From Balanoglossus misakiensis (taxonomy: Eukaryota; Animalia; Hemichordata): a stretch of DNA of 64,000 bases. The position numbers and the translations under genes are program-made. Below, piece after piece: positions 1 through 12,332 of the stretch (positions within the stretch are counted from its first letter, which is position 1; each line of letters opens with the position of its first letter). Under the pieces are notes generated by a model, which was not told where the DNA came from, did no database searches, and saw only the letters and a program-made list of their open reading frames with translations. The stretch is taken from positions 9,134,461-9,198,460 of the forward strand of contig CM082596.2 of assembly GCA_040954595.2 (NCBI GenBank), given 5' to 3'.

Positions 1-71
1 ATATCTTGGATGAGATGTATGCCCCTTTACCTGAAAGTTCTGATAGTTCTTCTGAGCATAGTGGAATTTAA

Positions 72-3000
72 AATACTCCTATAAGAGGTAGAAATATTCC
101 AACAAGTAAGTTTTCAGGTTTAACCCAGAAAGATGTCAACCAGCTGCCATATGATATTGATGGAGATTGTGCTTTTTGTTTGAAGTATGGCAAAACTCCA
201 GGCAATAGAATTAAGAGTACTGTGGATGGAAGAAATTGGACACGTTACAACAAATCTTTCACAAAAGAGTTCAGTAAAAATGATGGATTACGGCTACGTG
301 CTAATTGCAAGGGCACATACAAATGTGTCAATAATGAATGCCCATTCCAGAAATACTACAACTGTCAAAATTCTCGTCATTGTTTAAAACAGGGAGAAAA
401 CGTAGTTTGTGAAGAGTGTGAACAAAAAATGAATTTCTTCATCTGTAATGCTGTGAAAATATGGGAGTTTCCAAAGAACAGTGACATGGTAAAAGTTTTC
501 CATTATGGTAGGCACACATGTAATCCTGTAAAGAGACCCAAATTTCCTACATTACTGCAGGATGCTGTGAAGCTAAATCCCAGCAAAAAGACTTGTGAAC
601 TTTCATCTAATATTCTGATGGACGCAGTCAGAAATGGTGAGTCGCGTGAGAGTGTTGAAGAGATGGCATATAGTTTATCAGATGGGATGAAAGCCAGAAA
701 TTTTAAATACAAAACACTAGTAACGCAAGTATCATCAAAAAAGTTAGCAGAACTCCAACACAAATGTGTGAATACATACAAAGATGAGTTCCTCCTGTAT
801 GAATATCAAATAAAAGAACAAAGGAATGGTTTTTGGTTCATAGTTAAGGGTTCAATCAAAGATGGTAATGTTTGCCTTGAAGAATTCCAAACAGATTGTC
901 CTGAACAATATAAAACTTACATTATAAAATCATCAAAGGAAAGAATACAAACAGCAATGCATTTAATGAATAAGGACCACTTTATGAGTGACGAGTGGTC
1001 CTTTACGGACTTCAAAGTAAATAGAGTAAAATTGAAGGCACAAAAACTAAAGTCTCTTAGTATAAGTACATACCATACCTTACTAAAGAGAGTAGTGTGG
1101 CTAGCCCGTATGGATTGTGAGCACGAGGACACATAAACAGTAGAACTGTTTTTGAATAAAGTTGACGAGATGGTTAGTAAATATACATCAGGTGCAAATA
1201 CACATTTCAGACCTACTGCTGGTTGGATGTTGGATGAAGGTGGTGGGCTCCACTGTGGCCTTGGAAAGAAATTTGGAAAGGCATATTGTGATGAGAATGT
1301 TGTTACCTGCCGTCTCTATTTAATGCAATGTGCACTTAGACATGCAAATAGTGCTAATGTTGGTCTGCCAAAGAAAAGTGAAACTGTAACCAAATTTAGA
1401 TCCCTCGTGAATGAATTAGTGTATTCTGTTACTGTCAATGAATACAAGGTATGTTACAGAGAATTGGAAAGTTTCGTACAAGAGATTGGAAATAGTGGAC
1501 TTCTCCGATGGCTGTACTGGTGGGATAAAAGACGTACTCGCTCATGTCATGGAGGCATACAGACCTAAACGTTTATCATGTCAAAATACTAATTTGGCAG
1601 AGGTCAGTCATGCGTCAATGACACATTGTGGTGGATCTGATCTTACAATAGCAGAGGCAGCAGTGTATGACATAGCAGATTCATTCAGATATGGACAGTT
1701 GATAAAGAGTTACAGTGAGGGAACAGCTAAAAGTGGTGCAGGTCCATCCTATGCTATGAAACTGAAAGCCAAAGATACGAAAGAGGAAAAAACTGTTGAT
1801 ACACTGATGAGAGAGTTACATGAACAATTCATTGGAGGGAATGGTCCAGTGATGGCTTCAGGCTCTTCATTTACTGCAGATCCCAAAGCATCACACAGAG
1901 CAGATAGAGGAAGAGACAATGATGTTAGACCAAAAGGGAGGTCAAGAACAAATTCCAGTAAAGCATTAACCATGTCTATACAGAAGACAAAAGAAATGAT
2001 TAACTACAAAATTACTGAGATAGAAGTAGCCTCCCCAACTCAGGCAACCTTGTGCATTTCAAACCCACAAAACACCATGTACTTTGTAAACTTTGCAGAA
2101 ATGCCAACATGTACATACCCTTTCTCAGAAAATCAGAATTCAGTTAGGCAAGGTTGTGTCGCCTGTAAACACCGTCTCTATATTCTACTGCAGCTAGGGT
2201 ACAAGGAAAATGACAAAATTATGTTACAATTTAGCTACAATCAGAAGGAAATTAGAGATATAATAGCTAAAATTGAACATCCCCATCTCCTAATGTTAAG
2301 TCATTGAAATTACAAACAGCCTCTGTAACTGACAATATATATAATAATATTTATTTGCATAAAGGCCACCGGCCCATTGCATTTAGTACATCAAAATGAT
2401 ACAGAGGTAAAGAACTTGATTTGATTGCACCACAAAACTATACAAAACATTTAGACAGAGTATTACATGCTATTACAAATTTAGTGCTTCTTTCCGCAGT
2501 TCGAATGCTTGATATACATATTTTGCCAGGTTATTTATAATTTTGGTATCACCTGAGGTGAAAAGTTTGACCATATTTGCTTGATAATGATATCTTGTAA
2601 AACACTTTGGTAAATATTTCTCCCTAAGATTTTGATAAAGCGTACATTCAAAAAGAAAATGATATTCGTCTTCAACGATACATGTATTACAAATTTCACA
2701 TAACCTTTCAGACCTGTCCAGACCTTTGCTGCGGCCAGTTTTAATAGAAAGCTGGTGGCCGGAACATCGTATCTGTGAAAGGGCCTTTCTATGTTTGTTA
2801 ATTTTAACATTAAATAAATAATTTTCAAGGCATGGGCTATTCTTTAATTGACAAAAAAAAATGTAAACGGCTTGTGCTAGAAATTTCCCCCCACCAGTCT
2901 TGACGCCAATTATCTTTTACTGTATCTGAAAACAGTGTAATAAACAATTTTTCATTACCAACTCCCTGATTAATCCAAGCATATCCATAACCATATCTAT

Positions 3001-6000
3001 TAAGTATATTACGAATATGAGATGCCCAATTTGTTTTCCCCAGTAAATCTTCTCTTACAAGAAGTGTATATGAATGTTTTGCTATTTGTGTATTTGGCAT
3101 AGATAATAATTTCAGCCACCATTTTATGCATCGAATGTATGTATGAACGAAAATAGGTGGTCTGCCCAATTCTCCTATTACATCGGCATTTGGAGTGTTA
3201 CTTTTTACGCCTAAAACGTGTTTACAATACTTATAATGTACAGTTTCTGCGCATGCGTAGGGTTGAAAACCCCATATCTCTGAGCCATATGTCAAAATTG
3301 GCAAGATCATTATATCAAACACTTTAAAGTAAAGCTGACAAGGGAGTTCTCCAAATTTTCGTGTAAAGCGGTTGACAGTAAATATAGCTTTCTTGGCCTG
3401 TTCAGATAAAGTTTGTACAGCCTTAAACCATACATTTCGACTAGAAAACACAATACCCAGATATTTATAATAAGATACAACATTCACTTGTTCTCCTCCA
3501 TATAGCCATTTTTCTGTTTTCTTAATTATACCACCGTTTCTAAATACAATAATTTTTGTTTTGGACAAATTTACTTTCATTTTACATTTTTCAGCAAATA
3601 AATTAAGTGTGTTTAGCAACCTCTGCAAACCAACTACAGTGTGTGCAAACATCGTGATGTCATCAGCATACAGTAGGAGGAAAATATCTTTCAATTCCTG
3701 TGTTATTTGTATACCCATGTGACCTGCATTTTCAACCATATTTTGTAGTTCATTAATAAATATAGCAAATAAAAACGGGCTGAGGATGCAACCTTGACGC
3801 ACACCCGATGGACAGTCAAAACATTCTGTTATATGTTGTTTCACTCTGATGCAAGATTTGACGTCTTTTAAGGATTATGAACATTTTTCCTTGCACACCA
3901 TTCTGTAAAAGTGACATAAATAAAAGTGAATGATTAACAGTGTCAAATGCTTTGGCAAAGTCAACAAAAACGCAATAAAATCGTCCCCCTCGTCTTCCCA
4001 GATATTTCTGTACAATTGCATAAAGAGAGAAAATATTATGTAAAGTGGAATACCCTTTTCTAAACCCTGCCTGACACTCTGATAACTTGCCTTCCGTGTC
4101 GGCCCATGTAGTCAACCTCTCATTAAGAATAGTAGTGAAAATTTTACTGAAATTACTCAAAAGAGTGATACCTCTATAATTGTATACATTGCCCTTATCG
4201 CCTGATTTGTGGAGAGGTACAATGACTCCCATGGACCAACCATCAGGAAAATTTCCAGAGTCAAAGATTAAATTGAAAAGGCGCACAAGATATGGAAGGA
4301 GAATATTCTCAGATACTTCGAAAAGGCCATCGAAACCCGGTGCTTTGCCAATTTTAAGCTTCTGGATGGCTTTAGATATCTCATCCACTGTAATAGGCTT
4401 ATTCAAAATCGATTCAGCAGATGCGTAACCAGTGTCGCCCATTGTTATGTTCTGAATATCCATGTCTGCAGGGAGGGACTGAAACAACTTTTTGAAATGC
4501 TCAATCCAATGACTGGCTGGGATTTCTGAATTTGAAAACTTCCTATTCAGCAAACGAAACTTTTCCCATGTTGAACCAGTATCGCTGATGTCTTTCACAA
4601 GTGAGAATTTTAATTCTTCTTGGTAATCTCGTTTCTTTTTTCTGCAAAGCACCTTAAATTTCCTCTTAATTTCATTATACTCCGACAAATCGACCTCTCT
4701 ATTCATAATACGAAATTTACGTAGGCTCTTATTTTTAACAGATTTCAGAGAAATACATTCAGCATCAAACCAGGTAGCATGAATATTACATTGCAAGTGG
4801 GAGTTGTAATTTAATTTTGTACACACTTTCATTTTTGACCCAGCGGCTTCAAAAATTTCACCTATATATTTAACACATTCATTAGCGTCACCTCTGTTCA
4901 GGGTAGTTGTTACATGATCCCAATGTTCAGACATGTTCACCCTTTCAATGAAATTATCCTTCAACTCTTGATTCCACTTTAACTTAACTAATTTCTTTGT
5001 ACAATTCTCTTCAATTATTATGGGTTGTTCAAAGGTAGTGTATATGTCAAGGTCAATATGTACCACAATGGGCAGATGGTCAGAAAAGTCTATACTAAGC
5101 ACAGAAAAGTAGCTTATTGCCGTAAATAAATCCGTCGAAGCAATCATATAATCAACAACACTGCATCCGTTATGGGAAAAACATGTAAATTCTCCTGGAA
5201 CATCTTGGTCCTTGCGACCATTTATAATATGTACATCAAACGTTTTGCAAAGCATTAATAGAGAATTACCAAAATTATTTAATATTTTATCTTTAGATTT
5301 ACGTGGCATGGTAAATTCGTCACACATGTATGATTCCATTGGCAAGTATTCAGTGGAGTCGTCCACAATAAAGTCATCATTCGATGAGGTCCTTGCATTA
5401 AAGTCGCCACTTAAAATAATATTTACATCTTGATAATCTGTCAAAATATTTGTAATATATTCTTCTAAGAGAGTTATAACATTTTCATCTGATAAACTAC
5501 TATATACAGTTGAGTACTCAGGTGCTATGTAGACGCAACAATATATCACATCCTTAGGGGGTGTGAAGTGAAAGAAATCATTATGTAATAACAATACAAC
5601 AACATCTTGTAATTGACAATGCAATTGAGTAATACCAGCTGTAACATTATCACTAACATAGACAGCAACTCCACCTGCATTCCGTCCTCGTTTACGTATT
5701 TTCTTTCTTGGTTTGTTAAAACAGACATAACCAGGGATACTTGGTGTATCATCAATATCTAACCATGTTTCTACAAAGCCAATAATATTATACGATTTGC
5801 ATGTAGACAGAAAATCATTTAAAGACAGCTTACTTCTGAGGCCTCTGTAACTGACAATGAAATGTATGAAATTGTCTTTCTGCATGGCATAATTAAAAAG
5901 TGTTATGGCTGTAATAAACAGTTCACTGATGAAGAAAAAAGAGAACCCTACAATCTTATAATAAAACACCTTGAAGTACATGTAAGACCTATTTACTGCC

Positions 6001-6203
6001 AAACTAAAAAACTATGGTATATCTCTGGTGCAAAAACAAAACAAAATGCATATTATCATCTGAATGTAGGATGTGTACGATTAATCCACCCATGTTTTAA
6101 CCCCCACCTTATAATTATACCAGTTAATGTACAGGCCGTTACCACAGTTGAACGAAGGAGAGTGTTAGAAAATGCTGGGTTTGGACATGTAAGTCTGGGA
6201 TGA
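72..6203 (+). mobile_element. Decayed Mutator-like (MULE) DNA transposase gene, interrupted by a LINE at 2337-5840
   Basis: ORFs 180-1136 and 1152-1568 share a frame (one TAA). 1438-2307 follows after a frameshift, and 5862-6203 continues beyond the LINE. Motifs: LPYDIDG, then DGRNW..CKG..C..C..CxxC..C..GRHTC (WRKY/GCM-like Zn domain). Candidate DDE residues FTDFK, MLDEGG and TNLAE. SWIM-like CTY...CVACKH. C-terminal CYGC...YYHLNVGC. Family assignment is by motif recognition only. Confidence 0.65.
2337..5840 (-). mobile_element. Non-LTR retrotransposon (APE endonuclease + RT; RTE-X/CR1-group like), slightly 5'-truncated, frameshifted
   Basis: ORFs 3816-~5840 (GFVETW, SGDFNAR, VVDY, FSDHLP, QAGFR, FVDFAKAFDTV) and 2837-3844 (GVRQGCILSP, LLYADD, YKYLG, YGSEIWG). 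Flanked by the identical 18-mer GCCTCTGTAACTGACAAT at 2319-2336 and 5841-5858. AT-rich 3' tail with AATAAA near 2340-2360. Confidence 0.9.
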
Positions 6204-6844
6204 TAAGTAAGTGAGAAGTCATCAGTTGTATTTTGGTGTCACTATGCTCTTTTGGCATTTACAGTTGTTTTCTAGTGCACAAACCAGTGTTTTTATTTAC
6301 ATAGTTTTAGATGCTTTTGAAAACTTGGAGTTATTGTTGATCAGAGAAAAGGACACCAGGTATATTCCATGACTTGATTGACACTGATTTAAATGATGCT
6401 ATTCTGTGTCAGTACTTTCATGTTAAAGATAGTTATTTATCATATTGTGTTACTGATTTATTATTTACTATAGTTATATTGTGTTACTGATATATTGTTA
6501 TATTTTGTTACAGTACTAATATATATTGTTACAGTACTGTCATAATATATTGACATATTTTGTTCCTGATATATATTGTTATTTCTTGTTATGATAAAGA
6601 GTTTTGAATAAAAATTTACATACATATTTTAAAAAACAACTTGTGTTTATTTGTGTATGATATGGTGTGTGCTGGTTACAGGATATATTTTTCAACAATC
6701 TTAGGACATGATTGTCATATTGAAAGTGGTGACCCGCACTGACCCGCAACCCGCATGGCCTGAACAATAGTTACACTCAGTTGATCTGTGCTTAGCTTTC
6801 TCTTTGGTTTCTTGATGGCCTATTGTTTTTTTCTTCTTTTTACC

Positions 6845-8449
6845 ATGTTTAATTTATGTTCCATCAATGTTAATGGTTTGAAGGATTCCGGTAAGCGTAA
6901 CTCTTTGTTTGCTTCCTTTAGAGACAGCAAGTTTGATATCATCTTCTTGCAGGAGACTCATTGTAGTTCTTCTAGGGAGATGGCAATGTGGGGAAGGGAG
7001 TGGGGAGGCCACAATTATTGGAGCTTGGTCCAATAGCAGCAGGGGAGTGGGCATTTTGATCTCTCCGTCATCGGGTTTTTCCCTGCAGGATTTTACTTCA
7101 GATGTGGATGGGCGTCTGGTGGCGGGTACTGTCTCTTTTAGTTCCTTTTCTTGCCGTTTAATTAATGTGTATGCGCCTAATAGTCCTTCAGGTAGGATTA
7201 ATTTTGGACTTCCGGGCTTTTGTTCTCTGTCTGAAGTTTATGTGATACCCGCGTTCGTAGTTTTGCTCGACGGATTCGATGTTTTTTCTGGTTTCCAGTA
7301 CGCGAAAAAGAGTCTCGCGTTTTGTTGTTTTTCTCACGTATCGCATTTTTCCCCCGTGGGATGTGTGAGGGTATGTATGTGTGTGTCCACCTGGTTTCAC
7401 ATTGAGTATTTTCTCCACGTATTTATGATATTTTTCTACGGTGTTCTGTACTGAACTCTTTGGGTTTTTTTCAGCACTTATTTCAGTAATGTATCTTTGG
7501 ATTATTAGAGCGAATTTTGATTGGTGTTTTGTAACCTTTGACATCTTGAATAAAGATTGTGGTGGGGTCAGGTCGTGTTACGATTATTTTTTCGTGCTGG
7601 TTTTTCAACATTACTTTGCTCTTAATTTGTTGGGTCCCATTGGTATGTACCATGGGACCTTATGGGATTGGTTGCGTCTGTATGGATGTATGTATGTATG
7701 GATGGATGTATGTCTGTATGTCCGTCCACATCAAAAACTTGAAAACCGCTGCGTGTATCACCTTGATATTTGGTGTGCTGATGCAGGCTGGGCTGTAGAT
7801 GGGAGTTTGTTCAAATGAAGTTGCCATTGCCAAAAATATGCAAATTAGCTGGAAAAATGTAAATTTGGTCAAAACTCAGTAACTCAAGAACTACTGGTCA
7901 GATTGATTTGCAAAGTGGTGTGTATTTACTTTATTGAGTTGTTTTAATTAGGCAGTAAGTTCCCTGGTGTGATTGATTTACACAGCAAATTCCTGAATGA
8001 TTACATAACTGGCTAAGTTTTAAAGAGGCCAGCTGTTCTATTTAGTGTATGTACAGTACATATGCCATTGGCAGCTTATGGGTCAGTCAGTGTTTGCCCA
8101 TTGATCTCTCTGTGTGTCTGTCTGTCTGTATATGGCCATGTACTCCGGTGTAGACTTTTTCTTGTGTAATCACACAAAGGGACCACCGTGTCCTTGACGC
8201 GATTTTTGTATATTTCGTTGCGTTTTGTTATTCTTTCGATCGTTACCTTTACTTTGGAGAATTGGGCAGGGGGTGTCGTACGCCCCTGTACTTCGAGTCG
8301 ACGTGGTTTCGACCTGCCTAGGGGCTCCCATTGTTTTCTTCAGTTCTTATGATTTGTTTTTCGCATATAGTCTAGTTGTTTTGGGCGCTTTGGTGAGCAA
8401 GTAAATTGTTAGGATAGGTTAGTTTTTTGTTACCCCTAAATCAAACAGG
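6845..8449 (+). mobile_element. Tx1/L1-clade retrotransposon remnant 1 (ORF2 endonuclease N-terminus, large internal deletion, T-rich 3' region abutting U2)
   Basis: SINVNGL..IIFLQETH..WGREWGG..SRGVGIL..DVDGRL..LINVYAPN across 6845-7205 with one frameshift. No RT follows. The segment ends directly at the U2 3' piece at 8450. That 7205-8449 belongs to the element is inference. Confidence 0.7.
7630..7990. repeat. Dispersed repeat with (TGTA/TGGA)n microsatellite; related segment near 62010-62095
   Basis: GGTCCCATTGG and AAATTTGGTCAAAACTCAG occur here and at ~62010-62080. Family unknown. Confidence 0.45.
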
Positions 8450-8592
8450 AGTATCTGTTCTTATCAGCTTAATATCTGATACGCTGCTCACCGAGCAGCT
8501 CGATATTAAACTGATTTTTGGAAACCGTCCATGGAATAGGGGCTTGCTCCGTCCTGGCCACGGATCGACCTGGTATTGCCGTACGGTCCACC
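8450..8592 (+). ncRNA. U2: U2 snRNA 3' portion (from about nt 35), pseudogenised
   Basis: AGTATCTGTTCTTATCAGCTTAATATCTGATACG matches U2 stem IIa. Sm site GATTTTTGG is present. GGGCTTGCTCC and ACCTGGTATTGC match stems III/IV. The 3' arm of stem IV appears shortened by a deletion. Confidence 0.9.
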
Positions 8593-8754
8593 TCACAAAT
8601 AAATCGAAAAATAAGATTTGAAATTGATTTCTATAGTTTTGATTTGTAAAAAAATAAAACATGCGACCTTGATTAAAGAGCAACTTATCGACCAAACCAA
8701 ACAAAAAGTTTTGTTGAGCTTGATACCATCCAGAGTTCCGGGCAGACGGCCAGT

Positions 8755-8783
8755 ATCACTTCTCGGCCTTTTGGCTAAGATCA
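8755..8783 (+). ncRNA. U2: U2 snRNA 5' fragment (nt 1-29)
   Basis: ATCACTTCTCGGCCTTTTGGCTAAGATCA versus canonical ATCGCTTCTCGGCCTTTTGGCTAAGATCA (one mismatch). The match ends just before the branch-point recognition sequence. Confidence 0.9.
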
Positions 8784-8992
8784 TTGGTTGTTACTGGTGT
8801 GTTCTATCCAATCCAAGAAGAGTATTTCTACAGGTGGTTTATTCATCGTTCGACGTCCTCGTGGAATTAACTTCTTTCTTCATTTCTTTTGGTACCAGCC
8901 AGGTGGACGTGAGCGTGAGTTGCTTCTTTTTTAGCTTCTCTTTTTTCTTTGTCGTTTTTGATTTTTGATTTTCGCTTCAGTATGGACAACTG

Positions 8993-10736
8993 CTTGGACT
9001 TGATTCTTTCAACTGAACCTGATATGATAAGCGAAGTCAATGTCATAGGTCATCTTGGGAACAGTGATCACCTTATGATTGAATTTAAAATCCATGTACA
9101 GACTGAATCTCAACCTGCAACAGGACTAATACCAGACTGGAAAAATGCAGACTTAGACAAACTCCAAAATAGTTTGGGATCAGTCAACTGGGAAAAGGAA
9201 CTTAGTGAAAAGTCAGCTAATGAGATGTGGTGTCACATGAGAAATATCATCCAAAATACAATTGATATTTGCATCCCCATGAAACAACGTAGTAAACGCA
9301 TGAAACTACACTGGATGACAAGGAAGGTACTTCGATCTGTCAGAAAGAAAAGGAAGCTATGGCGCAAATATACCCAAATAAACAATTCAGAAGTGTATGA
9401 AGAATACAAAAGACAACAGAAGAAAGTGAAGAGTGAAATTAAGTATGCAAAGATCATGTATGAAAAGAACCTTGTAGAACATACCATTGCAGCACACAGA
9501 TGAGGATAAAGATCTTGGTGTAACAGTACATCCTAGCCTCAAACCTTCAACACAGTGTATCCAGGCAGCAAAAAAGCTAATAACATGTTAGGCATCATCA
9601 AAAGAACCCACAAATCAACAGACATAATTGTAATTGTATAAGCAACTGGTGAGACCAAGATTAGAATATGGTTTTAAGAAAGGCAGTAAATCAGAACCAG
9701 GTAACTACAGACCAACTAGACTAACAACAATTTGAGGAAAACTGCTGGAATCTATCATCAGGGACAATATTGTACAACATTTGGACAGTCATGACCTAAT
9801 TCTTGGCTCACAGCATGGGTTTTGTCATGGGAAGTCATGCCTCACAAATTTATTAGAATTCCTGGATGAAATTACACAGTACATAGATGATGGAGTGCCT
9901 GTGGACGTCATCTATCTAGACTTTGCAAAGGCCTTTGACAAGGTTCCTCATATTAGACTCGTACATAAAATGGAAAACCATGGCATTACTGGCCCTGTCC
10001 TGCAGTGGGTACAAGCCTGGCTGTCAAATCGCCAACAGCGTGTTGTTATAAATGGTGCAGCATCAACTTGGAAACCAGTGACAAGTTGAGTGCCACAGGG
10101 GTCTGTCCCATACGGTTGCTAATTTTCATCAACGACATTGACTGTGGATTGATATCTCAAGTAAAGAAATTTGCTGAACCCACAAATCAACAGACATAAT
10201 TAAGAGATTGTATAAGCAACTGGTGAGACCAAGATTAGAATATGGTGTGCAAGCATGGTCACCATGGTTACTAAAGGATATTACATTACAATGATTACTT
10301 GAGAAAGTTCAACGCCGGGCCACGAAATTAGTTCCTGAACTACGTAGGCTACCATACCAGGAAATATTACAGCACTTTGGTGTAACAACACTGGAGCAGA
10401 GAAGAACCAGGGGAGACATGCTGCAAGTGTTAAAGATTTTAAATGGATATGACTGCTGCAATGTTTCTTTTCAACTGTCATCAAGTATCACACGTGGACA
10501 TAACTACAAACTGCTGAAACCAACTGTCAAATGTCACTAAATACACGGAAATATTTCTTCTCATCAAGAGTAGTGAATACATGGAACAGTTTGCCAGCCA
10601 ATATTGTAAATGCACAGTCTGTTAATGACTTTAAAAACCAGTACGACGCTCTGCCAACACTTGAGAACTAAGGGATTTTCTTTATCCTCTGGATATCTTG
10701 TCCCTCAACTATACTGAACTGAACTGAACTGAACTG
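8993..10736 (+). mobile_element. 5'-truncated, internally scrambled CR1-type LINE
   Basis: LDLIL..LGNSDH, QHGF..KSCLTNLL..VDVIYLDFAKAFDKVPH, VPQGS, LVRPRLEY. 3' tail (CTGAA)n at 10714-10736. AACTG occurs at both junctions (8988-8992, 10732-10736). Confidence 0.88.
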
Positions 10737-11272
10737 TAAAGATCGCACACTTTTGTTGAAGTTCGATAGTTCTATTGCTGATGTAAAAGCAGTTTTTGAT
10801 CAGCTTAGTAGTGTAGGCATTGAAGCCAAGCTTCATTTAGAGGCGGTCCAGAGATTGCCTGGTAATGCAGTTGATGTAACGTTCAGGACGCTCGCGTTTA
10901 GGCGACTTTTTGAAGAGCGTTTGAAATGTAAAACGGACTTTGTTACTCATTCGTATGGGTCAGATATTGTTGTGGTGACCGCATTATATATTGATAACGA
11001 GCTTGACGATAACTATGTGCAGTACATTCTGTCTGGGTATGGTACTGTTTTGGCGGCCAGGAAATGTGTTTTTTCGCACGAGCCATCAGTTTTTAATGGC
11101 ACGAGGCAGTATCGTATGAGGTTGAAGAAAAACGTTCCCTCCGTTATTCGAATTGGTGGTAGGAACGCGTGGTTTTCTTATTCTGGTCAGCCTTGCACGT
11201 GTATCAAGTGTAATAACACAGGCCACTTGGCTAAAGACTGCGTCGACGTACGTTGTTTTAGGTGTGCACAGC

Positions 11273-12332
11273 TATGGGGTGCCATGTGTTAACTTATAAT
11301 TTAGCTATATTATTTGTTCAAAAGTCGTTATTTAACATACTTATATGTATGTAATTATAGATTTGCAAACCATTTAAGTCCTGACAATTTATTTATAAAT
11401 AATTTCAAGTCGATTCAATTATATACATAAAATGTATTTTATGCTCTTTTATTTATATATAATAAATTATTTATAAACAATGTCAGTGTCAGTCTATTAT
11501 ATATATATCATGAGAGATTTACATAATTATTTATATATAATTAATTATTTATAAATAATAAAAATGTAAGTGTATTATATATATATCATGAGTGATTTAC
11601 ATAATTATTTATATATAATTAATTATTTATAAATAATAAAAATGTAAGTGTATTATATATATATCATGAGTGATTTACATAATTATTTATATATAAATGA
11701 TTATATACCTATAATTGTGTTAAATAATGTCTTTCCATTAAATAATATAGTTAAATAATAAGTTAACACATTATTTAAGTTAACTTATTATTTAAGGCCT
11801 GTTAACACAACCCCTTGCATTTGGATCATTACACACACATAGTCCCTACACGTGAACAAGAAATGCACATTACGTGCCGTCATTTCATTTTATTATACTC
11901 CTTTCAAAGGTTAGATGAAACACCAAAAAAGGTATAAACTAGTCAGAGATTTTAGCCCGTGATTTCAATGTTTGATTGAATCGCGAAAAGCTGATCGAAA
12001 GCTCCACATTGTGGTCCCCGAGGTCAAAGGTTGGCCGGTCATGGCGATACCATTATTAAAATAGGGGCCAGTCATCAAGACGGTGGCGTATGATTTTTTT
12101 GTTAGTAAGTTTCCAAATTAAAACGTAAGCGAGCCAAGAAAATGACAGGTCAGATAAATTGTTTTCTCGTAAATTCAACATTAGAATAAAATTTGGCGTT
12201 GGAAACAAACGGCGGGTCGCCAGTTTCTGGTCTGGGGACTGGTAGAGTCGTGCGCGTATATTCACTGTGTATATGCACGGTCATTCCACACACGCGCACA
12301 CGACTCTACCACTAGTACCAAGGCACCCCATA
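11273..12332. mobile_element. Non-autonomous DNA element with 11-bp TIR and internal AT-rich tandem repeat
   Basis: TIR TATGGGGTGCC / GGCACCCCATA. TSD CACAGC at 11267-11272 and 12333-12338 (8-bp CACAGCTA if the ends are asymmetric). Confidence 0.8.
11440..11700. repeat. AT-rich tandem repeat, ~78-bp unit, ~3 copies
   Basis: TATTATATATATATCATGAG.GATTTACATAATTATTTATATATAA recurs at ~11496, ~11573 and ~11651. Confidence 0.8.

Noticed and set aside
5841-6002. Hydrophobic N-terminal extension of the 728-aa LINE ORF
   Set aside because: It lies outside the TSD and is the antisense of the MULE C-terminal ORF.
8450-8783. Functional or circularly permuted U2 gene
   Set aside because: The branch-recognition nt 30-34 are missing and stem IV is damaged. 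Two disrupted tandem copies explain the order more simply.
8949-9503. 184-aa ORF as an independent gene
   Set aside because: It is a chance fusion of the Tx1 ORF1 start with a CR1 fragment.
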